Source: a virus
Length of the DNA stretch: 64,000 nt
Reading direction: 5' to 3' (one strand)
Virus record (IMG/VR): IMGVR_UViG_3300025769_000069
Shown: piece after piece, positions 29,740 through 39,681 of the stretch
How positions within the stretch are numbered: the stretch's first letter is position 1
Layout of the letters: each line of letters begins with the position of its first letter
Made by a program: the position numbers and the translations under genes
Notes under the pieces: generated by a model
The model's input: only the letters and a program-made list of their open reading frames with translations
The model's database searches: none
Told to the model about the DNA's origin: nothing

Positions 29740-30639
29740 ATGGCCACAAATAGATATTTTAGTCAAGGTAGCAGAGCTGAACAGCAGCTATATGAAGAGA
29801 TCATAATTGAATCTCTTCAAATCTATGGGCAAGACGTATATTATCTCCCAAGAACAATAGTTAATAAAGATAATATACTAAATGAAGACGCCAATTCAAG
29901 TTTTAATTCTTCATATAAAATTGAAATGTACATTGAAAACTTAGATGGTTTTGATGGCGAAGGAGACTTATTTACAAAATTTGGTGTTGAGATCAGAGAT
30001 CAAGCTACATTTATTATGGCTAAAAAAAGATGGCAACAAACGGTAGCTAAATATGATAATGATATTGAAGGTGTTAGGCCATTAGAAGGTGATCTACTTT
30101 ATATTCCATTCTCTAAAAAATTATTTGAGATAGTCCACGTTGAACATGAGCAACCATTTTATCAGTTAAAAGATCTTCCAACATTTAAACTTCGTTGTGA
30201 GTTGTTTGAATATAGTGGTGAAAGCATTGATACTGGTATTGAGAAAATAAATGATATTGAAAGTAACTATGGATACGAATATCAACTTACATTAGATTCA
30301 GCAAGCTTTGGATTCACTATTGGTGAAACAATAAATCAAACCTTTAGTGATGGCGTTAAAATGTCTGGTGAAGTTTCTCGTTGGTCTGATTCTGATCAAA
30401 TTCTAGGTGTGGTCAGCGCTGGAGCAAATGATGGGCTATATCATACATTTGTATCAGGCCTTCCAGTAAGAGGAACTGTAGATCACGATACAACAGGTCT
30501 TACAAAATATTCTGTGGCTAATGTTAATCTTGTTTCTGAAAATAATCAATTATCAAATACTGAACAAAATACATATTTTGATACATTGACCGATTTCTTA
30601 GACTTTAGTGAATCTAACCCATTTGGAGACCCTAGCTAA
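29740..30639 (+). CDS. gp14: Neck protein gp14
   Basis: ESLQIYGQDVYYLPR, GFDGEGDLFTKFG, PLEGDLLYIP, PFYQL. Confidence 0.92.
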   Translation: MATNRYFSQGSRAEQQLYEEIIIESLQIYGQDVYYLPRTIVNKDNILNEDANSSFNSSYKIEMYIENLDGFDGEGDLFTKFGVEIRDQATFIMAKKRWQQTVAKYDNDIEGVRPLEGDLLYIPFSKKLFEIVHVEHEQPFYQLKDLPTFKLRCELFEYSGESIDTGIEKINDIESNYGYEYQLTLDSASFGFTIGETINQTFSDGVKMSGEVSRWSDSDQILGVVSAGANDGLYHTFVSGLPVRGTVDHDTTGLTKYSVANVNLVSENNQLSNTEQNTYFDTLTDFLDFSESNPFGDPS

Positions 30640-30899
30640 TGAGTGATTTATTTGACTTTGGTTTTACAGCAGTCGATGAAGACGAGCTTCAAGCTGTTCA
30701 AAAAACAGTTGCTCTTGCAACTGATGCTGAGCAATTAGCATTAACCACACAAGAAAGATTAGATAAATTATATAATGCTATTGTTCCTCTTTTAAATAAT
30801 TTAAAGAAGAATCCAGAAAAAGAATATATCTTATGGCCAAATAGACTGGCCAAAGTAGAAGAGTTTGAGACACATCTTCAAGAAATTTATAAGGGTTAA
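30639..30899 (+). CDS. Hypothetical protein between gp14 and gp15
   Basis: 86 aa, coupled to gp14 stop; FDFGF and LL.NLKKNPEKEYI.WPNR. Confidence 0.7.
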   Translation: MSDLFDFGFTAVDEDELQAVQKTVALATDAEQLALTTQERLDKLYNAIVPLLNNLKKNPEKEYILWPNRLAKVEEFETHLQEIYKG

Positions 30900-30902
30900 C
30901 CC

Positions 30903-31691
30903 ATGTTTGGCACATATTTTTATCACGAAAGAATTAGAAAAAGTGTTGCTCTTTTTGGCAGCCTTTTTAATAATTTGTATGTGCTAAGAAAAGATAGTTC
31001 AGGCGCAGTCATAAATCAAATGAAAGTTCCTTTGTCATATGGTCCAAAACAAAAATTCTTAGAAAGAATTAGTCAAGTACCAAGCCTGACAGATAACCAG
31101 AATGTGTCTATTAAACTTCCACGGATGTCTTTTGAAATAATTGGAATTAATTATGATGCAACTAGACAGCTGCAGAAAAATAATAATTTCACTCAAGCAA
31201 GTTCTTCAATAAATTCTAGAAATAGATTTAACGCATTTGTTCCATATACTATTTCATTTCAATTAAGCATTTACGCTAAAAATCAAGATGACGCTCTTCA
31301 AGTTGTAGAACAAATCTTTCCATATTTTTCACCACAATATAGCGTAACAATAAAACCTATTACAGCTTATCCGGATTTAAAAGAAGATGTTCCTATTCTT
31401 TTAACTGGAGTATCTTTTACAGATGATTATGAAGGCTCTCAAGAACAAAGAAGAACAATTATCTATACATTAGACTTTGATATGAAAGCCAATTTTTATG
31501 GACCAATTACATCACAAGCTGTTGTTCGTAAAGTTGACGCTAATATATATCAAATAGACAATGGATTGAATGATTCTGATGTAGCTCTAGAAACTATATC
31601 AATTACACCTAACCCAACATCTGTAATCGGCTTAGCTGATAGCGACTTTGGATTTACTGAAACAATAACTTATTTTGGCGATAGTGCATAA
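30903..31691 (+). CDS. gp15: Tail sheath stabiliser/terminator gp15
   Basis: YFYHERIRK, KVPLSYGPKQKF, LPRMSFE, QVVEQIFPYFSP. Confidence 0.92.
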   Translation: MFGTYFYHERIRKSVALFGSLFNNLYVLRKDSSGAVINQMKVPLSYGPKQKFLERISQVPSLTDNQNVSIKLPRMSFEIIGINYDATRQLQKNNNFTQASSSINSRNRFNAFVPYTISFQLSIYAKNQDDALQVVEQIFPYFSPQYSVTIKPITAYPDLKEDVPILLTGVSFTDDYEGSQEQRRTIIYTLDFDMKANFYGPITSQAVVRKVDANIYQIDNGLNDSDVALETISITPNPTSVIGLADSDFGFTETITYFGDSA

Positions 31692-32029
31692 TGGATTCTG
31701 ATACTGCTGATAATGATTTTGAATATGCTAGAAGAACTTACCATGATTTGCTTGCTAAAGGTTCAGACGCTTTAGAAGAAATGATGGAAGTTGCTAGGGC
31801 CACAGAACACCCTCGAGCATTTGAAGTATTTTCCAATATGATGAAGCATGTGGCTGATATTAATGGTAATTTACTAGATCTTCATAAAAAGAAAAAAGAC
31901 TTTGATAAAAAGGACGATAAATTATCTTTACCACAAGGGCAAACCACAAATAATGTTTTCATTGGATCTACTACAGATCTGCAACGAATGCTTAAAAACG
32001 AAAAAGAAAAAATTATAGATCATGAATGA
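31691..32029 (+). CDS. gp16: Terminase small subunit gp16
   Basis: DFEYAR, EHPRAFEV, NNVFIGSTTDLQ. Confidence 0.9.
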   Translation: MDSDTADNDFEYARRTYHDLLAKGSDALEEMMEVARATEHPRAFEVFSNMMKHVADINGNLLDLHKKKKDFDKKDDKLSLPQGQTTNNVFIGSTTDLQRMLKNEKEKIIDHE

Positions 32030-33641
32030 GACCTATCTTGGCAACCCTAACGTTAAACGTGATGGTGTTGTTCAACAGTGGAATGAACATGAAGTTAAAG
32101 AATACGCTAAATGTATGAACGATCCTGCATATTTTGCAAAAGAATATTGTAAGATCATATCCCTTGATGAAGGATTAGTTCCATTTGAACTTTATCCATA
32201 TCAAGAAAAAATGTTCAACCACTTTAACACAAGTAGATTTAATATTGTATTAGCATGCCGGCAGTCTGGTAAATCCATTTCTTCGGTAGTATATTTGTTG
32301 TGGTTTGCTATTTTTAACCCAGAAAAAACAATTGCTATCCTTGCGAACAAAGGAGCAACTGCTCGGGAAATGCTATCTCGAGTAACCATGACACTTGAGA
32401 ATCTACCTTTCTTTTTACAACCAGGATGTAAAGCATTAAATAAAGGTTCTATAGAATTTAGTAATAACTCTCGTATTATTGCAGCTGCAACTTCTGGTAG
32501 TTCTATTCGTGGTATGTCTGTTAACTTACTCTATCTTGACGAATTTGCTTTTGTTGAAAGAGCAGCTGAATTTTATACCTCAACATATCCAGTTATTTCT
32601 TCAGGTAAAGACACTAAAATCATTATTACATCTACTGCAAATGGCATTGGTAATACATTTCAAAAGATATGGGAAGGTGCTGTTCAAAGAACAAATGATT
32701 TTATTCCATTTAGAGTTGATTGGTGGGATGTTCCAGGACGCGATGAAAAATGGAAAGAAGAAACAATATCAAATACTTCTCAAATGCAATTTGATCAAGA
32801 ATTTGGAAATACATTTTTCGGGACAGGCGATACATTAATATCTGGAAACACATTGCTTAATTTTAGAGCAAAACCACATTCTAATCTATTAGAAAATGAT
32901 TCTTTATTTGTATATAAAGAACCAGAAAAAGATCATCAATATGTAATGACTGTAGATGTATCGAGGGGAAGAGGACAGGATTATTCAACTTTTAATTTGA
33001 TCGATATTAGCGTTCGCCCGTTTCAACAGGTTGCTGTATATCGCAACAACACTATCTCTCCATTACTCTTCCCTAATATTATATATAAGTACGCAAACTT
33101 ATATAATGAATCTATGGTAGTAATAGAATCTAATGATCAAGGCATGGTTGTCTGCAATGGTTTATATCATGATCTAGAGTATGAAAATATGTTTATTGAA
33201 TCAGCCATTAAAGCAAATGCTCTTGGAATTGAAATGACTCGTAAAGTAAAACGTATTGGATGTTCAGCAATTAAAGATATTCTAGAAGAAAATAAATTAG
33301 AAATTCACGATGAAAATACTATTATGGAAATATCTACTTTTGTTGCTAAAGGCCAATCCTTTGAAGCATCTGAAGGAAATCATGATGACTTAATGATGAA
33401 TTTAGTGTTATTTGGTTATTTTGCAACTGGAGATTATTTTAAGAACGTGACTGACATCAATTTAAAAGATATGATGTTTAAACAAAGAATGGCAGAAATT
33501 GAAGCAGATATGGTGCCATTTGGAGTTATAGATGATGGATTAGATGATATACCTATAGAACCAGAAGAAAGCCCATGGGCTCTAGATGTATTAGATCCGG
33601 ATGGAAACATAAGATTTGATCCAAAACACACCAATTTTTAA
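32022..33641 (+). CDS. gp17: Terminase large subunit gp17
   Basis: RQSGKS Walker A, LLYLDEFAF Walker B, TSTANG, HDDLMM nuclease motif. Confidence 0.96.
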   Translation: MNETYLGNPNVKRDGVVQQWNEHEVKEYAKCMNDPAYFAKEYCKIISLDEGLVPFELYPYQEKMFNHFNTSRFNIVLACRQSGKSISSVVYLLWFAIFNPEKTIAILANKGATAREMLSRVTMTLENLPFFLQPGCKALNKGSIEFSNNSRIIAAATSGSSIRGMSVNLLYLDEFAFVERAAEFYTSTYPVISSGKDTKIIITSTANGIGNTFQKIWEGAVQRTNDFIPFRVDWWDVPGRDEKWKEETISNTSQMQFDQEFGNTFFGTGDTLISGNTLLNFRAKPHSNLLENDSLFVYKEPEKDHQYVMTVDVSRGRGQDYSTFNLIDISVRPFQQVAVYRNNTISPLLFPNIIYKYANLYNESMVVIESNDQGMVVCNGLYHDLEYENMFIESAIKANALGIEMTRKVKRIGCSAIKDILEENKLEIHDENTIMEISTFVAKGQSFEASEGNHDDLMMNLVLFGYFATGDYFKNVTDINLKDMMFKQRMAEIEADMVPFGVIDDGLDDIPIEPEESPWALDVLDPDGNIRFDPKHTNF

Positions 33642-33645
33642 TTAT

Positions 33646-33653
33646 TATAAATA
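33646..33653 (+). promoter_or_regulatory. T4-type late promoter
   Basis: TATAAATA upstream of gp18. Confidence 0.85.
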
Positions 33654-33718
33654 ATACTAATTGAATATCACCGTATTATGTTCACTTATAATTGGATCAC
33701 TGGAAAAGGAAAACAAAC

Positions 33719-35344
33719 ATGGCAGTAGGCGTACCTTCCGAATCGCCAGCAATTATCATAAAGGAAGTAGATCTAACAGGCGGGGTGCCTAATGTTCAAT
33801 CTACAACTGGAGGATACGCTGGAAAATTTCGTTGGGGACCTGTCGGTAAAGCTACTAAAATCAGTAAAGAAACTGAACTAGCTTCTACTTTCGGGGCACC
33901 TGATGACACACATACAGCCGACTTTCATTCGGCTGCATATTTTTTAAAATATTCTAATGCTTTACAAGTCGTTCGCACATTAGGAGATAGCTCATCTAAT
34001 GCTACAGCAGGATTAAATGTTGGTAGCTATGATTCAGCGGACTTTATCAAAAACGCAGATCACTGGGAAGGCTTATCAGGCCTTAGTAATTGGGTTGCAA
34101 AATATCCAGGAGATATTGGCAACAGCTTGAAGTACGTAGTTATCAACAATAGTGGATGGGCTGCAGCAAATGCAACTTGGAAAGCAGAATTTGATGGACA
34201 ACCTAATACAGGTGAAGTTCACGTACTAGTCGTAGACGAAGATGGCGTGATCACTGGAACATCAAATTCAGCTCTAGAAAGATTTGCATATCTATCTACA
34301 ACTTCAACAGCAACAAACGCAGATGGTTCTACAAACTATGCAAAATCTGTAATTAATGATCGATCAGAATATCTATGGTATAATGGTTCATCTTTCGCAG
34401 ATGCATCAGATTCAGCATCTCTTGCATGGGGTAGATCTACATACAACTCCCCAGTAAGTGAAGCTCTAGCAGGATTTGATAAGTTTGAAGATAAAGATAC
34501 AATTGAACTAGATTTCTTGATTGCTCCTGGTATGAGCAATTCAACAGATCAGCGCACAGTTGTTAATGATCTTGTTACTACAGCATCTTCTACTAGAAAA
34601 GATTGTGTTGTTGTTACATCACCATCAAGCGCATCAGTAGTTAATAATAACACACCTGTGACTAATACAGTAACAGAAGCCGGTGGATATACTTACACTT
34701 CTTATCTAGTTGTAGATAACAACTGGTTAAAAGTATATGATAAGTACAATGATAAGTACATCAATATTCCAGCCGCATCTTCAACAGCAGGTATTATGGC
34801 TGCATCTGATGCTAACACAGCTCCTTGGTATTCACCAGCTGGAGCACGCCGTGGTGCATATCTAGGTATTACAAACCTAGCATACACACCAACAAAAGCA
34901 GAAAGAGACACTCTATATAAAGCAGGGATTAACCCAGTTGCTAATCTTCCTGGACAAGGAGTTCTATTGTTTGGCGATAAAACTCATATGAACAGACCAT
35001 CAGCATTCGATCGTATTAATGTACGTCGTTTGTTCTTGGTAATAGAAAGAGCAATTGCTCTAGCAGCAAGGAACACAATGTTCGAATTCAATGATGAGTT
35101 TACAAGAGCAGAATTTGTAAGCATCGTTGAGCCATTCTTGAGAGAAGTAAAAGGACGTAGAGGTATTACTGACTTCCGTGTCGTTTGTGATACTACAAAC
35201 AATACACCAGCAGTAATCGACAGAAATGAATTTGTTGCTAACATCTTCATCAAACCAGCTCGTTCTATTAACTACATTACTCTCAACTTTGTAGCTGTTA
35301 GAACCGGGGTCGATTTCGAAGAAGTCGCCGGTATTCAGGTATAA
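33719..35344 (+). CDS. gp18: Tail sheath protein gp18
   Basis: SPAIIIKEVDLT, FRWGP, PWYSPAG, SAFDRINVRRLF, IKPARSINYITLNF; start moved to ATG 33719 after AAGGA. Confidence 0.96.
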   Translation: MAVGVPSESPAIIIKEVDLTGGVPNVQSTTGGYAGKFRWGPVGKATKISKETELASTFGAPDDTHTADFHSAAYFLKYSNALQVVRTLGDSSSNATAGLNVGSYDSADFIKNADHWEGLSGLSNWVAKYPGDIGNSLKYVVINNSGWAAANATWKAEFDGQPNTGEVHVLVVDEDGVITGTSNSALERFAYLSTTSTATNADGSTNYAKSVINDRSEYLWYNGSSFADASDSASLAWGRSTYNSPVSEALAGFDKFEDKDTIELDFLIAPGMSNSTDQRTVVNDLVTTASSTRKDCVVVTSPSSASVVNNNTPVTNTVTEAGGYTYTSYLVVDNNWLKVYDKYNDKYINIPAASSTAGIMAASDANTAPWYSPAGARRGAYLGITNLAYTPTKAERDTLYKAGINPVANLPGQGVLLFGDKTHMNRPSAFDRINVRRLFLVIERAIALAARNTMFEFNDEFTRAEFVSIVEPFLREVKGRRGITDFRVVCDTTNNTPAVIDRNEFVANIFIKPARSINYITLNFVAVRTGVDFEEVAGIQV

Positions 35345-35355
35345 GGAGATAAAAA

Positions 35356-35883
35356 ATGGCAGTTTTAGGCGTTGATGATTTCAAAGCAAAACTTCGTGGA
35401 GGTGGCGCGCGCCCTAATTTATTTAAGGCGACTATCACTTATCCAGGATATGCTGGAGGAGATGTAGAAACCACATCATTTTTATGTGAAGCAGCTCAAT
35501 TACCTGCATCTACAGTTGGTACAATTATTGTTCCTTTCCGTGGAAGACAGTTAAAAATGGCTGGAGACCGTACTTTTGATACATGGACTCCAACAATTAT
35601 AAATGATACAAACTTTCAAGTTCGTAACGCAATGGAACGTTGGATGAATGGTATGAATGCACATAGTGCAAATACTGGTCTAACTAATCCTATTGATTAC
35701 GAAAAGGATCTGTATGTTGAGCAGCTGGATAAAGATGGAAGCACTTTGAAAACTTATGTTTTCAAAGGTTGTTTCCCAACAGCACTTTCTCCTATTGATC
35801 TTGCATATTCAACAGAAAATGATATTGAAAGATTCACTGTTGAGTTCCAAGTACAATACTGGGAAGCAAGTACTACTTCATAA
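35356..35883 (+). CDS. gp19: Tail tube protein gp19
   Basis: GGGARPNLF, VPFRGRQLKMAGDRTF. Confidence 0.95.
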   Translation: MAVLGVDDFKAKLRGGGARPNLFKATITYPGYAGGDVETTSFLCEAAQLPASTVGTIIVPFRGRQLKMAGDRTFDTWTPTIINDTNFQVRNAMERWMNGMNAHSANTGLTNPIDYEKDLYVEQLDKDGSTLKTYVFKGCFPTALSPIDLAYSTENDIERFTVEFQVQYWEASTTS

Positions 35884-35887
35884 GTAG

Positions 35888-35925
35888 TATAAATAATATT
35901 TAAAAGAGGGGCTAACGGCCCCTCT
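35888..35925 (+). promoter_or_regulatory. Late promoter followed by a GC-rich leader hairpin
   Basis: TATAAATA at 35888; AGAGGGGC-TAACG-GCCCCTCT hairpin at ~35905-35925. Confidence 0.7.
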
Positions 35926-35947
35926 AAACTAATTAGGAATTCCTTTT

Positions 35948-37456
35948 ATGGCTGATAATAGTTTTAAATTATTTGGTTTTGAAATAAAAAGAGCTAAAAA
36001 AGTAAGTAATGACCTATTACCATCTGTTGTTCCACCATTGGATCAAGATGGTGCTGGATACGTAACTGCTGCCGGAGCTCACTATGGCACATATGTTGAT
36101 GTAGATGGTGATAAAACCATAAAAGATGAAAGACAATTAATTCTTCAATATAGAGCCGTGGCTACTCATCCAGAAGTTGATGCTGCTGTGGAAGATATTG
36201 TTAATGAATCAGTTTCTTCTTCTCAAGAAGAACAATCTGTGGCTATAGTTTTAGATAAAGTTGAAATTCCAGATAATATTAAAAAAACTATTACTGATGA
36301 ATTTGATAACATTTATAGTTTGTGCCAATTTGCTGAACAAGGACATGATATGTTCAAGCGTTGGTATGTTGATGGAAGAATGTATCATCATTTAGTTATA
36401 GATGAAAAGAATCCAAAAGCTGGAATTCAGGAGATTAGACCTATTGATGCATCTAAAATTCGTAAAGTCAAACAAATTCAAAAAGAAAAAGATCCAAATA
36501 CTGGAATTTCTATTATTAAAAATGTTGACGAATTTTATATCTATCAAGAAAAACCAGGAGCTCAAACTCAAGGTGTAAAACTTTCAAATGATTCTGTTTC
36601 TTATGTAACTTCAGGTCTATTAGATGAACATAGAAAAAGAGTTGTTTCTCATTTACATAAAGCATTAAAACCAATTAACCAACTACGTATGATGGAAGAC
36701 TCTCTTGTCATTTATAGACTAGCTAGAGCACCTGAACGTAGAATTTTCTATATTGATGTTGGTAATTTGCCAAAAGGCAAGTCTGAAGAATATATGAAAA
36801 ATATTATGGCCAAGTACCGTAATAAATTAGTTTATGATGCGTCCACTGGCGCAATCCGCGATGATCGTAAACATATGTCTATGTTAGAAGATTTCTGGCT
36901 TCCAAGACGTGAAGGTGGTAGAGGTACTGAAATTTCTACACTTCCAGGAGGTGAGAACCTAGGGCAGATTGATGATATTCTTTACTTCCAAAAACGCCTA
37001 TATAGATCTTTAAATGTTCCAATTTCCAGACTAGAACAAGATCAAGCCGCAAACTTTTTAGGTAGATCAACAGAAATTAATCGTGATGAGCTTAAATTCC
37101 AAAAGTTTATTGACCGTTTAAGAGCTCGTTTTAATCATTTCTTTTATAATATTCTTAAGAAACAACTTATTCTTAAAGGTATTATCACAGAAGATGATTG
37201 GAAAGAATGGGCAAATGATATTGCAGTTGATTATATAAAAGATAATCACTTTACAGAATTAAGAGATGCTGAACTTCTTCAAGGTAAGTTACAATTACTT
37301 GATCAAGTACAACAATATGTTGGCGAATATTATTCGAAAGAATGGATCATGAAAAACGTGTTGCAATTTGATGATGATGATATTAAGCAAATGAAAGATC
37401 AAATAGCAGATGAACAAAAAAGCGGTGAAATTCCATCGCCTGAACAAATGCAATAG
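35948..37456 (+). CDS. gp20: Portal protein gp20
   Basis: WYVDGR, NQLRMMEDSLVIYRLARAPERRIFYIDVGN, EDFWLPRREGGRGTEISTLPGG. Confidence 0.97.
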   Translation: MADNSFKLFGFEIKRAKKVSNDLLPSVVPPLDQDGAGYVTAAGAHYGTYVDVDGDKTIKDERQLILQYRAVATHPEVDAAVEDIVNESVSSSQEEQSVAIVLDKVEIPDNIKKTITDEFDNIYSLCQFAEQGHDMFKRWYVDGRMYHHLVIDEKNPKAGIQEIRPIDASKIRKVKQIQKEKDPNTGISIIKNVDEFYIYQEKPGAQTQGVKLSNDSVSYVTSGLLDEHRKRVVSHLHKALKPINQLRMMEDSLVIYRLARAPERRIFYIDVGNLPKGKSEEYMKNIMAKYRNKLVYDASTGAIRDDRKHMSMLEDFWLPRREGGRGTEISTLPGGENLGQIDDILYFQKRLYRSLNVPISRLEQDQAANFLGRSTEINRDELKFQKFIDRLRARFNHFFYNILKKQLILKGIITEDDWKEWANDIAVDYIKDNHFTELRDAELLQGKLQLLDQVQQYVGEYYSKEWIMKNVLQFDDDDIKQMKDQIADEQKSGEIPSPEQMQ

Positions 37457-37464
37457 GAGAAACA

Positions 37465-37803
37465 GTGATGAGTGATATTGAAACAATGATTGATTTGGCA
37501 GCAAAACAAGATTTTGCATCTGCTAATAATGTATTTAACGAGTTAATTCAACAAAGAATGGTTGATGCATTAGATCAAGAAAAAGTTGCTTTGGCATCAG
37601 ATATTTTTAATAATGAACCAGAAGATGAAGAACAACTAGAATTAGATCTGGAAGATAAAGATGAAGATACAGATGATATTGAAGATGATGAAGAGCTTAC
37701 AGAATATGAATTTGGTACCGATGAGGATTTTGAAGAGATTCAAGATATGAATCAAGAAGGTAAGATTCAAGCTGAGATGATACGTTTAGGATATAAAGAA
37801 TAA
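37465..37803 (+). CDS. Prohead core protein (gp67-like), acidic
   Basis: Position after portal; helical N-terminus and D/E-rich tail. Confidence 0.65.
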   Translation: MMSDIETMIDLAAKQDFASANNVFNELIQQRMVDALDQEKVALASDIFNNEPEDEEQLELDLEDKDEDTDDIEDDEELTEYEFGTDEDFEEIQDMNQEGKIQAEMIRLGYKE

Positions 37804-37827
37804 ATTTATTTTACAAATTTGAAATGT

Positions 37828-37835
37828 TATAAATA
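37828..37835 (+). promoter_or_regulatory. T4-type late promoter
   Basis: TATAAATA, intergenic. Confidence 0.8.
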
Positions 37836-37856
37836 AATTCAAATGAAAGAATATAA

Positions 37857-38042
37857 ATGAAAACTTTTAGTCAAATACGTGAAAATTCTAAGAAAATGAA
37901 AATCGGTCGGATACCGGTTGAGATTAAAAAGAATAAAAATATGTATGATGTTTTCATTGATGGCGATAAGCTAGACAAATATAAGTCTGAAGCTGAAGCT
38001 ATGAAAATGGCGAAAGAATTCGTCAAACAATATAAAGGTTAA
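37857..38042 (+). CDS. Small head-associated protein (gp68 position)
   Basis: MKTFSQIRE N-terminus resembles T4 capsid-targeting sequences; sits before gp21. Confidence 0.55.
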   Translation: MKTFSQIRENSKKMKIGRIPVEIKKNKNMYDVFIDGDKLDKYKSEAEAMKMAKEFVKQYKG

Positions 38043-38046
38043 AAAC

Positions 38047-38703
38047 ATGAAGCTGATTGCAGAATATACAGATCAAAGCATAGAGTGTATTGTCGAAGCC
38101 AAAGAAGGCGGCGGTAAAAATCATTTTATTGAAGGCATCTTTATGCAATCAGAAGCAAAGAATAGAAATGGACGTATTTATCCAAAGCAGATCATGGAAT
38201 CAGCCGTTGATAAATATGTCACTGAACAGGTTTCCAAGAACAGAGCGGTTGGTGAATTAAATCACCCAGACGGACCGACTGTTAACTTGGATAAAGTATC
38301 CCATAAAATCACAGCTCTTGAATGGAAGGGCAATGATGTTATTGGGAAGGCACAAGTATTGGATACTCCAATGGGTAATATCGTAAAAGGTTTGCTTGAA
38401 GGTGGTGTTCAATTAGGTGTCTCAACTCGTGGTATGGGTAGCCTTGAGGAACGTAACGGAACAATGTACGTCAAAGATGACTTTATTCTTAATACAGTTG
38501 ATATTGTACAAGATCCATCTGCACCAACAGCTTTTGTTAATGGTATTATGGAAGGTGTTGAGTGGATCTGGAATAATGGCATTATTGAACCTCAAGTAAT
38601 TGAAAAAATGGAGACTGAAATTAAAGGCGCTCCACGTTCTGATCTCTATGAGACTCAGACTCGTGAGTTCAAGAATTTCCTCTCGTTATTGAAAAGATCA
38701 TAA
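38047..38703 (+). CDS. gp21: Prohead protease gp21
   Basis: NRNGRIYP, GELNHP, GVSTRGMGS, DIVQDPSAP. Confidence 0.95.
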   Translation: MKLIAEYTDQSIECIVEAKEGGGKNHFIEGIFMQSEAKNRNGRIYPKQIMESAVDKYVTEQVSKNRAVGELNHPDGPTVNLDKVSHKITALEWKGNDVIGKAQVLDTPMGNIVKGLLEGGVQLGVSTRGMGSLEERNGTMYVKDDFILNTVDIVQDPSAPTAFVNGIMEGVEWIWNNGIIEPQVIEKMETEIKGAPRSDLYETQTREFKNFLSLLKRS

Positions 38704-38718
38704 TTAGGAGTGTCAAAC

Positions 38719-39666
38719 ATGACTGATCAAATCGAAGATCTGGATGTAGAGCTCGACGAGGAAATCGAAGAAGCTCATGATCCAAAAAATGCAGAGCAAC
38801 AATCAGTAGCATCTGTATCAGCTGCCGAAGATAAAGGACCAAAGGCGCCTAAGCGTCGTGGTGATAAAGACGGTGGCGACAAAAAACCAATCCCTGCGGC
38901 AACAAAAGCAGTTGCAGCTAAAGCAGAGTCCGTTGAATTTGATGGAGACTTTAGTGAAGACTTAAATGCTTTGGTTGAATCTGAGGCAACACTCAGCGAT
39001 GAGTTCAAAGCCAAAACAGCTGTAATCTTTGAAGCTGCAGTAAAATCAAAACTTTCTGAGGAAATTAATCGTTTGGAAGAAGAGTATAAAACTCAACTAG
39101 ACGAAGAAGTTGCTTCTATTAAAGAAGACCTCGTAGAGAAAGTTGATGGCTACCTCAACTATGTTGTTGAGAATTGGATGGAAGACAATAAACTAGCGAT
39201 TCAATCTGGACTACGTTCAGAAATCGCAGAAGACTTTATGAGTAAGTTGAAAGACCTATTCACAGAGTCTTATATTGAAGTTCCTGAATCCAAAGTCGAC
39301 CTAATTGACGAACTAGCAACTGCTCATGAAGAACTAGAAGAAGAATATAATGAAGTAGTAGCAACAGTAATGGGCTTGAATGAAGAGCTAGAAGGTTATA
39401 AGCGCGAGGCGATTATCCGCGAAGCGTCTAAAGATCTAGCAGAAACTCAAGTTGCAAAACTTAAGTCATTGGTAGAAAGTATTGATTTTGAAGATGAAGA
39501 AGCTTTTACATCGAAAGTTGCAACCATTAAAGAATCATATTTCAAAAAGCAAACAACTGAGTCAGTTATTGTAGATGAAGCAGATGAAGATGGTGAATCC
39601 ATCCAAGAAGAAGTTTCAGATACTATGGCACAGTATATCGCGGCTATCCGCAAAGCAAAACATTAA
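38719..39666 (+). CDS. gp22: Prohead scaffold gp22
   Basis: IFEAAV, VDGYLNYVVENW, LF.ESYIEVPE; acidic coiled coil; ATG 38719 follows AGGAG. Confidence 0.92.
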   Translation: MTDQIEDLDVELDEEIEEAHDPKNAEQQSVASVSAAEDKGPKAPKRRGDKDGGDKKPIPAATKAVAAKAESVEFDGDFSEDLNALVESEATLSDEFKAKTAVIFEAAVKSKLSEEINRLEEEYKTQLDEEVASIKEDLVEKVDGYLNYVVENWMEDNKLAIQSGLRSEIAEDFMSKLKDLFTESYIEVPESKVDLIDELATAHEELEEEYNEVVATVMGLNEELEGYKREAIIREASKDLAETQVAKLKSLVESIDFEDEEAFTSKVATIKESYFKKQTTESVIVDEADEDGESIQEEVSDTMAQYIAAIRKAKH

Positions 39667-39681
39667 TTAGGAGATCCAATT